NCBI GenBank assembly: GCA_021810345.1
Contig: JAJZIX010000004.1
Location: 1 to 62,658, forward strand
Length of the DNA: 62,658 nucleotides
Direction: 5' to 3'
From: Nanobdellota archaeon
GTDB lineage: Archaea; Nanobdellota; Nanobdellia; Parvarchaeales; Parvarchaeaceae
Both the position numbers and the translations under genes were made by a program. This document shows positions 53,890 to 62,658 of the stretch, piece after piece (within the stretch, counting starts at the first letter, position 1; each line of letters opens with the position of its first letter). Below the pieces are notes generated by a model that was given only the letters and a program-made list of their open reading frames with translations, did no database searches and had not been told where the DNA came from.

Positions 53890-56085
53890 ATGCCAGAAAA
53901 AGAATCTTTAACAGAGAAAGTTGTAAGGCTGATGAGCCAGCAGTCCAGGATAAGGAACATAGGCGTCATAGCTCATGTAGACCACGGAAAGACCACGACT
54001 TGCGACACGCTTTTGGCCGGATGCGGAATGCTTTCCGAGGAGAAAGCAGGCAAACAGCTGTATCTTGATTCAGAGAAAGTAGAGCAGGAGCGCCAGATGA
54101 CGGTGAAATCATCCAACGTCAACATGGTTTACGAACTAAAGGAGAACGATGAATACCTGATCAACCTTATAGACACTCCCGGCCACGTTGACTTTGGCGG
54201 CCATGTTACCCGCGCAATAAGGGCGATAGACGGCGCGATAGTCGTAATGGACTCGGTCGAGGGCGTCATGCCCCAGACAGAGATGGTCCTCAAGCAGGCT
54301 TTAAGAGACAAAGTAAAGCCGATACTATACATAAACAAGATAGACCGCCTGATCACTGAGATGCGCTACTCGCCTGAAGAAATGCAGAACCATCTTGTGA
54401 AGCTCATAACCCAAATAAATGCGTTCATAAAGGACCTTGCGCCGGAAGAACTTAAACAGAAGTGGCAGGTGAATGTCCAGGACAACACAGTGGCCTTTGG
54501 GGCCTCCAGGGAGAACTGGGCTTTGTCATTCAAGAGAATGAAGGAGACGGGCCTTTCCTTCAAGGATGTATACGATGCCTACACCTCCGGGGACAAGGAG
54601 AGAGTAAAGGAGTTATCAAAGAAAAGCCCTGTGCACAAGGTTCTGCTCGATATGGTGATAGAGCACCTGCCAAACCCGCTCGAGGCACAGAAGTACCGCG
54701 TTCCGATAGTGTGGCATGGGGACCTCGAAAGCGATGTTGGCAAGTCGCTTCTGACGTGCAACCCAGAAGGGCCGCTGATGATATCCGTTACGAACATTGA
54801 GATAGACCCACAGGCAGGTGAAATCGCCGTGGGCAGGATATTTTCAGGTAAGATAACAAAAGGCCAGGATGTTTTCCTAATAAACAACAAGCAGGTCAAT
54901 AAGATACAGCAGATTTACATATGGAAAGGGCCGCAGAGATTCCAGGTTGATAGTGCCATAGCAGGCAACCAAATAGGGATAGCCGGGCTTAAAAACATAG
55001 TTTCTGGTGAAACTCTGTCTTCTTTGCAGGATGCGACGCCGTTCGAGCCAGTGAAGCACATGCTTCAGCCTGTCGTCGTAAAGGCGATAGAGCCGAAGAA
55101 CCCCAAAGACCTTCCAAAGCTGATACGGGCGCTGAAGGAGCTTGCGATATATGATATAACTCTTAAAGTATCTATAAACCACGAGACGGGTGAGAACCTT
55201 ATCGCCGGACTTGGTACACTGCATTTGGAGATAGTTGAGGACAAGCTCAGGAGAACCTACGGACTGGAGATAGTCGGCTCACAACCTATAGTGGTCTACA
55301 AAGAAAGCATATCCGCCAAAAGCCCAGAAATGGAGGGGAAATCTCCTAACAAGCACAACAGGTTCTACATCCATGCCGAGCCGCTTTCACAGGAAGTAAT
55401 AGACGCCATAAACAGCGAGGATGTCCCTACGGGCACGATAAAGACGATGGGGCCCGAAGCGCTGAAGGCGCTGATGGACGCAGGCATGGAGAGAGAAGAG
55501 ATCAAAAGAATCGCCGCTATATACGGGGATAACATGTTCATAGACGCCACAAGGGGTATAATCCATATAGGCGAGATAATAGATATGTGCATAGAGGCAT
55601 TCAATGAGGTCATGAAAGCCGGGCCGCAGGCCAAGGAAGAAGTAAGGGGCGTCAAGATAGTGCTTGATGACACTGTGCTGCACGAGGATGCGATACACAG
55701 GGGGCCTGCCCAGGTCATACCAGCAGTCAGGGATGCGATAAAGGATGCTGTAATGAATGCAAATCCGGTTCTGCTTGAGCCGATACAGATGATCAGGGTC
55801 GACCTGCCGATGTCAAACCTAAGCACGATAAGCACGCTGATCCAGTCAAAGCGCGGAGTGCTCGACAACGTGAAAGAGGACGGCGACAAGGCTGTTTTGA
55901 TGGCGCAGCTCCCCGTATCCGCTTCGTTTAATTTCACCAATGAACTCAGGTCCGGCACCGAAGGAAGGGGCTCATGGTCGCTTGCCGGCGAGACGTTTAG
56001 GAAGCTGCCTAAGGATCTTTACATGTCTGTTCTAAAGCAGATAAGGGAGAGAAAGGGCATGCCTCCGCTGGAACAGACTGCCTGA
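53890..56085 (+). CDS. fusA: Translation elongation factor aEF-2
   Basis: 731 aa. AHVDHGKTT, DTPGHVDF, NKIDR. Diphthamide-site context HEDAIHRGPAQ. Confidence 0.96.
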   Translation: MPEKESLTEKVVRLMSQQSRIRNIGVIAHVDHGKTTTCDTLLAGCGMLSEEKAGKQLYLDSEKVEQERQMTVKSSNVNMVYELKENDEYLINLIDTPGHVDFGGHVTRAIRAIDGAIVVMDSVEGVMPQTEMVLKQALRDKVKPILYINKIDRLITEMRYSPEEMQNHLVKLITQINAFIKDLAPEELKQKWQVNVQDNTVAFGASRENWALSFKRMKETGLSFKDVYDAYTSGDKERVKELSKKSPVHKVLLDMVIEHLPNPLEAQKYRVPIVWHGDLESDVGKSLLTCNPEGPLMISVTNIEIDPQAGEIAVGRIFSGKITKGQDVFLINNKQVNKIQQIYIWKGPQRFQVDSAIAGNQIGIAGLKNIVSGETLSSLQDATPFEPVKHMLQPVVVKAIEPKNPKDLPKLIRALKELAIYDITLKVSINHETGENLIAGLGTLHLEIVEDKLRRTYGLEIVGSQPIVVYKESISAKSPEMEGKSPNKHNRFYIHAEPLSQEVIDAINSEDVPTGTIKTMGPEALKALMDAGMEREEIKRIAAIYGDNMFIDATRGIIHIGEIIDMCIEAFNEVMKAGPQAKEEVRGVKIVLDDTVLHEDAIHRGPAQVIPAVRDAIKDAVMNANPVLLEPIQMIRVDLPMSNLSTISTLIQSKRGVLDNVKEDGDKAVLMAQLPVSASFNFTNELRSGTEGRGSWSLAGETFRKLPKDLYMSVLKQIRERKGMPPLEQTA

Positions 56086-56811
56086 TCAGCTGAGCGGACC
56101 GCAAAAGCTCTGGTTTGAATTATAGGAGCATATCTCTTTTTCTATCTGGTACGTGGATAGGTAGCCGCTTAGAACATACTTTCCACCAAAAACAAGGTAC
56201 GGATAGCCGCTCTGACTGACGTTGTATATCTTATCCAATGATGAAATTATAGGCAGGGAGTAGTTGCCGTCAACGCTTGAGACGACTATATTCGGGTATT
56301 TCTCGTTGAGGTACTGCAGCTCGCTTCCTTCGACCGCGCAGTTGTTGCAGTTGAATGGAGTGTAGATGAGCAGGACTGTCGTTAGGTTTCCCCCGCAGGT
56401 TGACGCTATCTTCTGGCCGAGTATCCACAGCTCCAGCCTTGAGTAGGTGTACGATTCCATCAACATTGCGTAGTTGTCCTGCTTCTGGAGCCCGGCCTGC
56501 GTCACCTCGTTGCTAAGCTGGGTTGCCTGGGTGCCAGCCTGCGAAAGTGTGTACTCGGCAACTGAGCAGTAGAGCGGAGTGTTGATATTGCCAAGCGACT
56601 GCGATACCTCCAGCTGGTAGATGTTCTGCTGGAAGGACTGCAGCTCTGATGATATGACTGACGCCTTATACGTCTGCAGGGAGTATCCCACAAGGAACGA
56701 TGCAGCCATCAGCGACGCTGTTATCAGTACTGCTAGGAGGAACTTCCTGTATTTAGGCTCCATCCTGCGCCTTTTCTTGTTACCGCCACCAAAATTAGAC
56801 TGTATAGCCAT
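56086..56811 (-). CDS. Anchored extracytoplasmic thioredoxin-fold-like protein (CxxC)
   Basis: 241 aa. TM helix FLLAVLITASLMAASFLVGY, a coiled segment, then LLIYTPFNCNNCAVEGSEL..L..KYP, compatible with a DsbA/Trx-like CxxC site. The start overlaps the GT2 gene end by up to 79 nt, so an internal start is possible. Confidence 0.5.
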   Translation of the reverse strand: MAIQSNFGGGNKKRRRMEPKYRKFLLAVLITASLMAASFLVGYSLQTYKASVISSELQSFQQNIYQLEVSQSLGNINTPLYCSVAEYTLSQAGTQATQLSNEVTQAGLQKQDNYAMLMESYTYSRLELWILGQKIASTCGGNLTTVLLIYTPFNCNNCAVEGSELQYLNEKYPNIVVSSVDGNYSLPIISSLDKIYNVSQSGYPYLVFGGKYVLSGYLSTYQIEKEICSYNSNQSFCGPLS

Positions 56812-58010
56812 ACGAAAGATAAGAAGACAGAGTAGAATGTAATATAAATAAGTATCCCGAGCGTGTTCCTAAAGACATTCTGACTGCTGTCCACGGACGC
56901 AATCGAGTAGAAAAGCGAGAAGATGCCTATGGCAGTTACTAGCAGCGCCAGCAGATCCCTCGTTGTTATGGAGAATATGCTTATGCCGCCTATGAATGAC
57001 TGCAGGGTAAAGCCCAGGCTTGTGTTCACAAGCGAATAATAAAACGGAGTAGCAAGTATGAAAAGCTCGTATGCTATCCCGCCAAGAACCAAAAAACTCA
57101 GGAAGATTGAGATCAGCATGAACGGCACGACCAATATCCCCAGGGAGCCGTACTTCTTGCTGAAAAGCACTTTCCTGTATTTTATCAGGTTTATGTAGAA
57201 ACCAGAGAACCACCTCACTCTCTGCTTGATGAGCTGCCTCAGGTTGCTCGGCACTACTGTGTAGGAGACGGACTGTATCGAATTGTCCACCTTATACCCG
57301 TTCGTCAGGAGCTTCAAACCTATTTCCATGTCCTCCGTGTAGTTGTGCTCGTCAAAGTACCCAACTTTCTTCAATGCACTCACCCTGAACATGGAGCCCG
57401 CACCGTGCGCTATCATCAACCCGCCGAGGTAGCTCAAAGCTTTCCTGCCCAATATCGACAGCATGTACTCGTATTTCTGGAGTTTTTCCACTGCTGTCTT
57501 TGGCCTGTAGACCTTTACCGAGGATATCGCGGCCCCGACGGTTTTGTCCGCAAAATGCGATGCCAGCCTTTTCGGCAGGTCCCTTTCTATCACGGTGTCC
57601 GCATCCAGAATCAGCACAAGGTCCTGCTTTATGTACTTCTTCAACGCGTAGTTCATCACCCTTGATTTTCCGTCAAACGGCGCCCAGATCAACTTTACGT
57701 TTTTTAGGCTTTTGGCAGCCTCCCTGGTCTTCTTGTCTGATGAGGCGTTCAGCACCACATATATATAGTATCTATTTTTGGGGTAATCCGCCCTCTGTGC
57801 CCTCTCGACGGTCTTTTTCAACCTTTCGCCCTCGAATATCGTGGGTATCAGCACGGCGATTGATGGGTACTTGCCTTTCATTACAAGCTCTGCGCGATCC
57901 TCCTGCTTCCTGGCCTTGTTGATGTCAAAGTAGAGTATTATCCAGTATATCGCCAGTACCGAGGCGAGAAATATAACCACGTAGGTGTACAGTTTATCTA
58001 ATTGAATCAT
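56733..58010 (-). CDS. Membrane-integrated family 2 glycosyltransferase (processive, QxxRW type)
   Basis: 425 aa. VLIPTIFEGE, LILDADTV, QRVRWFSGF. N-terminal and multiple C-terminal TM helices. Confidence 0.85.
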   Translation of the reverse strand: MIQLDKLYTYVVIFLASVLAIYWIILYFDINKARKQEDRAELVMKGKYPSIAVLIPTIFEGERLKKTVERAQRADYPKNRYYIYVVLNASSDKKTREAAKSLKNVKLIWAPFDGKSRVMNYALKKYIKQDLVLILDADTVIERDLPKRLASHFADKTVGAAISSVKVYRPKTAVEKLQKYEYMLSILGRKALSYLGGLMIAHGAGSMFRVSALKKVGYFDEHNYTEDMEIGLKLLTNGYKVDNSIQSVSYTVVPSNLRQLIKQRVRWFSGFYINLIKYRKVLFSKKYGSLGILVVPFMLISIFLSFLVLGGIAYELFILATPFYYSLVNTSLGFTLQSFIGGISIFSITTRDLLALLVTAIGIFSLFYSIASVDSSQNVFRNTLGILIYITFYSVFLSFVWLYSLILVAVTRKGAGWSLNTGSSS

Positions 58011-58090
58011 AAAGTTAATCTAGCTTCTTCTTATTCATAAACTTTTAAACGCATTAAAAAAGTTATAAAAGGGGAGAGCATAAGATAAGC

Positions 58091-59068
58091 ATGAAAGCGG
58101 TGTTCTGCGACCTGAGCGAGTTCGAACTCAAGGAAGTCGACAGGTTCAAATCAGAAAACCCATCCTTGGTGATAGCCGAGTACAGCGGGGACGTAAGTTC
58201 TATCGACCAAAAGGATCACGATGCCAGCGTCATATCAATATTCATAGACTCAAAGATTGACGAGAAAACACTTGAAGGTTTCCCAAATCTCAAATTTATA
58301 CTCACTAGATCCACCGGTCTTGACCACATCGACCTAAACGCATGCAAATCCCGCGGGATAAGCGTGTACAGTGTTCCGGACTACGGAAGCGAAACCGTCG
58401 CTGAATTTACATTCTTACTAATGCTGATGCTTGCCCGCAGGCTCAACGCCTCAAAAACCGGCACAAACCGGTTTGCGCGCGGCAACGACCTGGAAGGCAA
58501 AACCCTGGGGATAGTCGGCGCAGGCAGGATAGGGACGAACGTCGCAAGGATAGCGAACGCTTTCGGCATGAAGCTGCTCTACAACTCCCACAAGAACAGC
58601 GAATACATAGACAGCTTAGGCGGTAAAAAGATGGAACTCAACGAGCTCCTTCATAATTCTGACATAGTCACGCTTCACGTTCCGCTCAGTGACTCCACGT
58701 TTCACATGATAAACCACGACAACATAAAATCCTTCAAACGGGGCGCATACTTGATTAACACCGCCCGGGGCGCCGTTATCGATACAGAAGCGCTGATAGA
58801 AGGATTAGAATCCGGGGTGATAGGCGGCGCAGCGCTTGATGTCGTGGAAGGCGAGGAATTCGCCGGCAAAGAAATGGAAGTTATAAGGAAGAAGGAGAAC
58901 TACGAGATACTCAAATCGGTCCTGGAAACGAACGTTCTGAGTAGGTTCGACAACGTAATACTCACGCCGCACATAGCCTACAACACGGCCGAAGCAATGC
59001 AGAGGATAATAAACCACACTCTCAATGATCTGTTGGCAATAGCAAGCGGAAAACTCCCCTCTGATTAG
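58091..59068 (+). CDS. D-isomer-specific 2-hydroxyacid dehydrogenase family protein
   Basis: 325 aa. GKTLGIVGAGRIGTNVA, LINTARGAVID, ALDVVEGE, TPHIAYNT. Confidence 0.88.
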   Translation: MKAVFCDLSEFELKEVDRFKSENPSLVIAEYSGDVSSIDQKDHDASVISIFIDSKIDEKTLEGFPNLKFILTRSTGLDHIDLNACKSRGISVYSVPDYGSETVAEFTFLLMLMLARRLNASKTGTNRFARGNDLEGKTLGIVGAGRIGTNVARIANAFGMKLLYNSHKNSEYIDSLGGKKMELNELLHNSDIVTLHVPLSDSTFHMINHDNIKSFKRGAYLINTARGAVIDTEALIEGLESGVIGGAALDVVEGEEFAGKEMEVIRKKENYEILKSVLETNVLSRFDNVILTPHIAYNTAEAMQRIINHTLNDLLAIASGKLPSD

Positions 59069-60273
59069 AGATCAAAGACCTTCATCAGCAGCACCGTTGC
59101 ATAGCTGCCTTTCTTGAGCGAAAATGAGATTATGAGGTCTTTGCCGTCTCTCTTGAATTCCAGTGCTTCCGGCTTCATCAAGCCCTCCCTTTCAAAGGTT
59201 TTCAGGCTTGCCTCCGGTATCTGCGGTATTTTAAGCTGCTCCAGGCTTGTTATGCCTTCTTGTTCCATTACTTTCCTTATTATTTCGTATACTTTTGACT
59301 CTCCGATATGCATGTCATACCCTATTGCAGGAATGGTCTCCGGGATCTCCTCTATAGATTCAAACGAGCTCAGGACTTTATTGAACAGGTAGGATTGGTA
59401 AGACTGCAGTATAAGAAGCCTGAAATACTTCGGCATCAACCTCAAGGCGCCGACATAATCGTGCCTGTTCTTAATCAGCGCAGACAGGATTTCTTTCTCC
59501 GAAAACATGGAGTACGGGAGGTTCTGCAGCGCGCTATCGGCTGCTTTCACATCTATCTCTGCGTCATCAAGTATGAACTTACCGAAAACATCCTTCAGCA
59601 GAAGCCTTGCCTGCCTTGAATTCTCTGACTCTTCCCTGTCCTCCAGGCACAGCAGATAAACGGCTTTCTTGAAGTCCCTGGCGATTATCGCCCTCGAAAC
59701 ATCAATATTCAACGCGGATGAGCCGAACCTCTGTGGCCCGTAGAAGTTTTGGATGCCATTAATCAGGTCATTTTTGGCTTCCTCCAGCTTTTCATCGCTG
59801 CCTTCGAAGTTCCTCACGATTATTGTGAATCTATTACCATACAGCGCGCCTATCCTGCACGGCTTTTCCGAGAAAACGAAATCCTTCAAGAACATCCTTT
59901 GGTACTCCTTCTTTATCGCCTCCGGTTTGGCCTTGAAGATGCTTATGCGCTGCGCAGTTATCGCGTTTTTGTCCTTGTTGCCATTGGCTGCTATCCTCTT
60001 GATATTGAGATGGTTGAATCTTGATATCTGCTTCACTGCTTCCTGAGTTGAAAGACCTTTCTTCACCAGCGTAAACGCTAGGAAGTCTTTCTGATCCTCA
60101 AGATTGTCATGACTTACGCTGTCTATTGAGAGAACATGCCCGTCGTCCTCTATCTCCTGGACTATGAAATCCTCCTCTTTTGTGAACAGATCGACCTTGA
60201 AGCCGTAGTCCTTGGTTTTTAGTCCTGAGATCCCTATCTTCTCGAGCATGTTCAGGTTGCCTACTTGATGCAT
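59065..60273 (-). CDS. truD: tRNA pseudouridine synthase D (TruD/Pus7-like)
   Basis: 402 aa. DFIVQEI, FTLVKKGLSTQEA, GNKDKNAITAQ (catalytic Asp context), NFYGPQRFG. Confidence 0.85.
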   Translation of the reverse strand: MHQVGNLNMLEKIGISGLKTKDYGFKVDLFTKEEDFIVQEIEDDGHVLSIDSVSHDNLEDQKDFLAFTLVKKGLSTQEAVKQISRFNHLNIKRIAANGNKDKNAITAQRISIFKAKPEAIKKEYQRMFLKDFVFSEKPCRIGALYGNRFTIIVRNFEGSDEKLEEAKNDLINGIQNFYGPQRFGSSALNIDVSRAIIARDFKKAVYLLCLEDREESENSRQARLLLKDVFGKFILDDAEIDVKAADSALQNLPYSMFSEKEILSALIKNRHDYVGALRLMPKYFRLLILQSYQSYLFNKVLSSFESIEEIPETIPAIGYDMHIGESKVYEIIRKVMEQEGITSLEQLKIPQIPEASLKTFEREGLMKPEALEFKRDGKDLIISFSLKKGSYATVLLMKVFDL

Positions 60274-60662
60274 ATGCCCGTCGCCACTACCTTATTAGGC
60301 TCCAAAATATCGCACACAACGCTTAGTGAGTTGGCCTGTACGGGCGGCTGGTACTGACATGCGCTTGAATAATAGCAGTAGTAAACTGCGCCACAAACGC
60401 TGACTTTGGCCAAAGTCGTGTTAAGATCGACCTGCCGGCATGCGGATGAATTGACTGAAAGTTCCTGCGTAAGCTGGTCTCCATAGGCTGCTGCTGCCTG
60501 GTTCAATGATGCTATTTTAGACTGCTGAGCCGCAGCGTTCAAAGAGGTCACAAGAAGGTAAATCAGTATAGAGAATAAAACAAAGAATACTATCGTTGCC
60601 AGAAGCTGCTTGTTGATTCTTGCTCTCTCTCCAGGTTCTTTTCGGTGTATTACGATTTTCAT
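60261..60662 (-). CDS. Anchored Cys-rich small extracytoplasmic protein
   Basis: 133 aa. TM helix LLATIVFFVLFSILIYLLV and seven Cys in the ectodomain. Confidence 0.5.
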   Translation of the reverse strand: MKIVIHRKEPGERARINKQLLATIVFFVLFSILIYLLVTSLNAAAQQSKIASLNQAAAAYGDQLTQELSVNSSACRQVDLNTTLAKVSVCGAVYYCYYSSACQYQPPVQANSLSVVCDILEPNKVVATGICIK

Positions 60663-60729
60663 AGTTACTCTAAGTAAGAAGGAATCGTTGTATTTATACT
60701 TTAAGGCCTATCAGAAACCAAAGAACGAG

Positions 60730-60770
60730 AAAATAAATAAAAAAACAAAAATAAGGGGAAAAATTCCCCC
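60730..60770 (-). terminator. Hairpin plus oligo-T terminator downstream of the S-layer-like gene
   Basis: Minus strand reads GGGGGAATTTTTCCCC followed by TTATTTTTGTTTTTTTATTTATTTT, about 14 nt after the stop codon. Confidence 0.5.
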
Positions 60771-60783
60771 TAATTTAAGTTAT

Positions 60784-62658
60784 TTAAGCAGTGCTGTTTG
60801 TCGACACTATGCTAACACCAGTGTAGCTTGCAGATGACGTGCTCAGTATCACCTTGTTGCCTGTCAGACTGACTACAGGCTCACCCAAAAGCGATGCTGC
60901 TAGCACTTCCGAAGCCTCCAGTGTGTCTGAAGCTCCGTAACCTGCTACCCATAGGGCTGGCTGGTTTCCGAATGCCTTGACCGAACCGTACATCTCTATA
61001 AGTGCTTCGCCGCTGCCTACACCTGTATCAGTGGTGAATGCTGCACTTCCTACAGGTGTGCTTGAGTTAAGGAGTTCTGCTCCCAAAGTGTTGATTGCTG
61101 AACCGCCTACCACTATGACAGGTACTGAGTTGGTTGCGCCTGCAAAGCTGCTGTCCAGCTCTGAGATGCTTGGGGATGTCAATCCCTTTGCTGCAATCGA
61201 CGAAACTCCGCCTATGCCAAGCACTTTACCACTTACGCTACTTAGAGTAGAGCCTACAGAGTAGTTGACCGATCCTGAAGGAACCTCGGATCCCGATAGA
61301 GCCAATGTATAATTCTCTGATGGTACAACGAAGTTAGCTCCTGTTTTCAGAGAGTCATTCACAAACGCTCCAGAGATACCAGGGGTAGAAGTGGTATTTG
61401 CAGGTGATGGGTCGTATGTTTTAAAGTTAGTCTTATTTTCAGCTACGCTCATTGACTGCGTGTCTCCGTATGGGCTTGTGTAAGTCAGTGTAGTACCACT
61501 GAACGACATCGTTCCTAAGTTACCGCTGGTTAAACCACCAGTCACGTTTACTGTTGAATAACCAACACCGTTAACGTATATTTTGTTGAAGCCTGGGACT
61601 ACTGATCCAGTGACGCCGTCTGATAGCTCAGCGACCGGTCCTGTTATATTTACGCTTCTTATTCCTGCTTCAGAAGCACTAGTAGCAGCGGTAGAGGTAC
61701 CATTGTACAACTTAACAGTACTCTTTGTAACGGTCATATTATAACCATTGAAAGAGTAGTTTCCAAGTGGTGTAAGTTTTGTCGGAACGGTTCCTGCAGT
61801 GAAGTTAGCAAAGCCAGTTATGTTATAGATAACACCTTCGCCGGTACCAGAACCACCAGTGTACGTAACAGGTGTTTGGAAGAACTCCAAGTCAATGCCA
61901 TTAGGTAGCTGGTAAAGCAAACCTACGCTGTCCTTAGAGCTTGGAGTCACATTGTAAGCCCTACCGCTTGTAAGGTTGTAGAATTCTGCGTGTAGTAGAG
62001 ATGAATTAACGGTAACGCCAGTAGGCGCACTAGTAGTATCATTGGCAAATGCCGCATGAGCAGGTGCAGGGAAGATGTACTCCGACTGACCCACAACATA
62101 TTGAGGTGAAGATATCGAACCGTTGTTGTATGTTTGGTAGTGCTCCAATGAGTAATCAGGTGGCAGGAACAATCCGCCGCTGCTTACAGCAGAGCTCCTG
62201 AAGTCTGTACCGAATGCTACATTAGGCAAGCCGTGAGTTACATTCACTGCGGCTCTGAATTTAGTGGTTGTACTTCCTATAAGAGCCACTGGCCTTATCC
62301 TATCTACGCCTGCATTACCTAAACTAACAACAACATGCGTAGCCGGATAGCCTGCAGCTATTGTACCGGATGATTGGTATGTGGTCAAAGATGTCAGTTT
62401 CTGCAATGATATGCTTGGCAAGCCAGATGGCAGTGCAAAGCTGTTTGCTGCTGTAAATGAAGAATTTATCATCTCTTTCTTCGCTAGCGTAAATACTATG
62501 TCCTGTACGCCATGCGCTGCTGTACCAATCGTCCCTGTAGTCACATTGTAAGGCCCTAAGCTCAGAACATTGCCGTTCTTTCCAGCGGTTATGTTCTGGT
62601 AGTATTCAGGGCTTGACACTGCAAGGCTTGACAGGACTGTCGTGCCGTTTGTGTAGAT
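60784..62658 (-). CDS. S-layer-like surface glycoprotein candidate (N-terminus lies beyond the window end)
   Basis: The reading frame stays open to the window edge, so more than 620 aa. Gly/Ser/Thr/Asn/Val-rich beta-type composition with dense N-x-S/T sequons. C-terminal VPVIVVGGSAINTLGAELL...ALWVAGYGASDTLEASEVLAA. Strong terminator downstream. Confidence 0.65.
   Translation of the reverse strand: MYTNGTTVLSSLAVSSPEYYQNITAGKNGNVLSLGPYNVTTGTIGTAAHGVQDIVFTLAKKEMINSSFTAANSFALPSGLPSISLQKLTSLTTYQSSGTIAAGYPATHVVVSLGNAGVDRIRPVALIGSTTTKFRAAVNVTHGLPNVAFGTDFRSSAVSSGGLFLPPDYSLEHYQTYNNGSISSPQYVVGQSEYIFPAPAHAAFANDTTSAPTGVTVNSSLLHAEFYNLTSGRAYNVTPSSKDSVGLLYQLPNGIDLEFFQTPVTYTGGSGTGEGVIYNITGFANFTAGTVPTKLTPLGNYSFNGYNMTVTKSTVKLYNGTSTAATSASEAGIRSVNITGPVAELSDGVTGSVVPGFNKIYVNGVGYSTVNVTGGLTSGNLGTMSFSGTTLTYTSPYGDTQSMSVAENKTNFKTYDPSPANTTSTPGISGAFVNDSLKTGANFVVPSENYTLALSGSEVPSGSVNYSVGSTLSSVSGKVLGIGGVSSIAAKGLTSPSISELDSSFAGATNSVPVIVVGGSAINTLGAELLNSSTPVGSAAFTTDTGVGSGEALIEMYGSVKAFGNQPALWVAGYGASDTLEASEVLAASLLGEPVVSLTGNKVILSTSSASYTGVSIVSTNSTA

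Noticed and set aside
55365-55958. Long antisense ORFs inside EF-2 (55365-55958; similar cases at 49904-50347, 42803-43324, 50308-50760)
   Set aside because: They are shadow ORFs opposite strongly supported genes, and their composition is typical of antisense frames.
17444-56085. Diphthamide pathway genes (dphB, dph6) and their substrate EF-2 in one window, as a possible functional cluster
   Set aside because: The genes are 34 kb and 2 kb apart and interspersed with unrelated housekeeping genes. This is likely a coincidence of a small genome.
1-62658. CRISPR arrays, transposases, integrases, prophage or tRNA-flanking genomic islands
   Set aside because: I saw no short regularly spaced repeats, no DDE/tyrosine-recombinase-like ORFs, and no direct repeats of tRNA 3' ends next to the three tRNAs. 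This rests on reading by eye only; a repeat finder would be decisive.

Overview
Gene-dense archaeal chromosomal segment. Archaeal identity follows from topoisomerase VI A/B, family-B DNA polymerase, FEN1, aEF-2, Kae1/Bud32, proteasome beta, aCPSF1, RNAP E'/Spt4 and e-type ribosomal proteins (L31e, L39e, S19e, S24e, S27ae, S3Ae). The window starts inside a 23S rRNA gene (minus strand) with no 16S gene in the roughly 325 nt upstream. That, the short proteins, the many 4-14 nt gene overlaps and the Ser/Thr/Asn-rich envelope proteins suggest a small-genome acidophile lineage (Thermoplasmata-like or DPANN/Micrarchaeota-like). The lineage is inference only. I find three tRNAs: Ala-CGC, Ala-GGC and Leu-CAG. 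I see no CRISPR array, transposase, integrase or obvious mobile element. One r-protein gene missing from the ORF track (L39e, 48 aa) can be read directly from the sequence. Almost all accessory content is cell-envelope related. The best candidate for an undescribed system is a five-gene operon (18171-23637) of N-terminally anchored, sequon-rich surface proteins. Four of them share a C-terminal Y-N-Y motif. The operon lies next to an A24 prepilin/preflagellin peptidase, but no pilus ATPase or platform gene is in the window. Other notable loci:
- an internally duplicated (2+2 module) surface protein
- a wHTH regulator whose C-terminal part resembles the S-layer-like protein, followed by three tandem paralogous membrane proteins
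- a DRG-family pseudo-GTPase inserted between kae1 and bud32
- a membrane-anchored extracytoplasmic Lon-protease-domain protein
- a KaiC-like protein without a P-loop
- two unannotated small acidic ORFs sharing a motif
All product calls come from motif recognition by eye. No database search was run.
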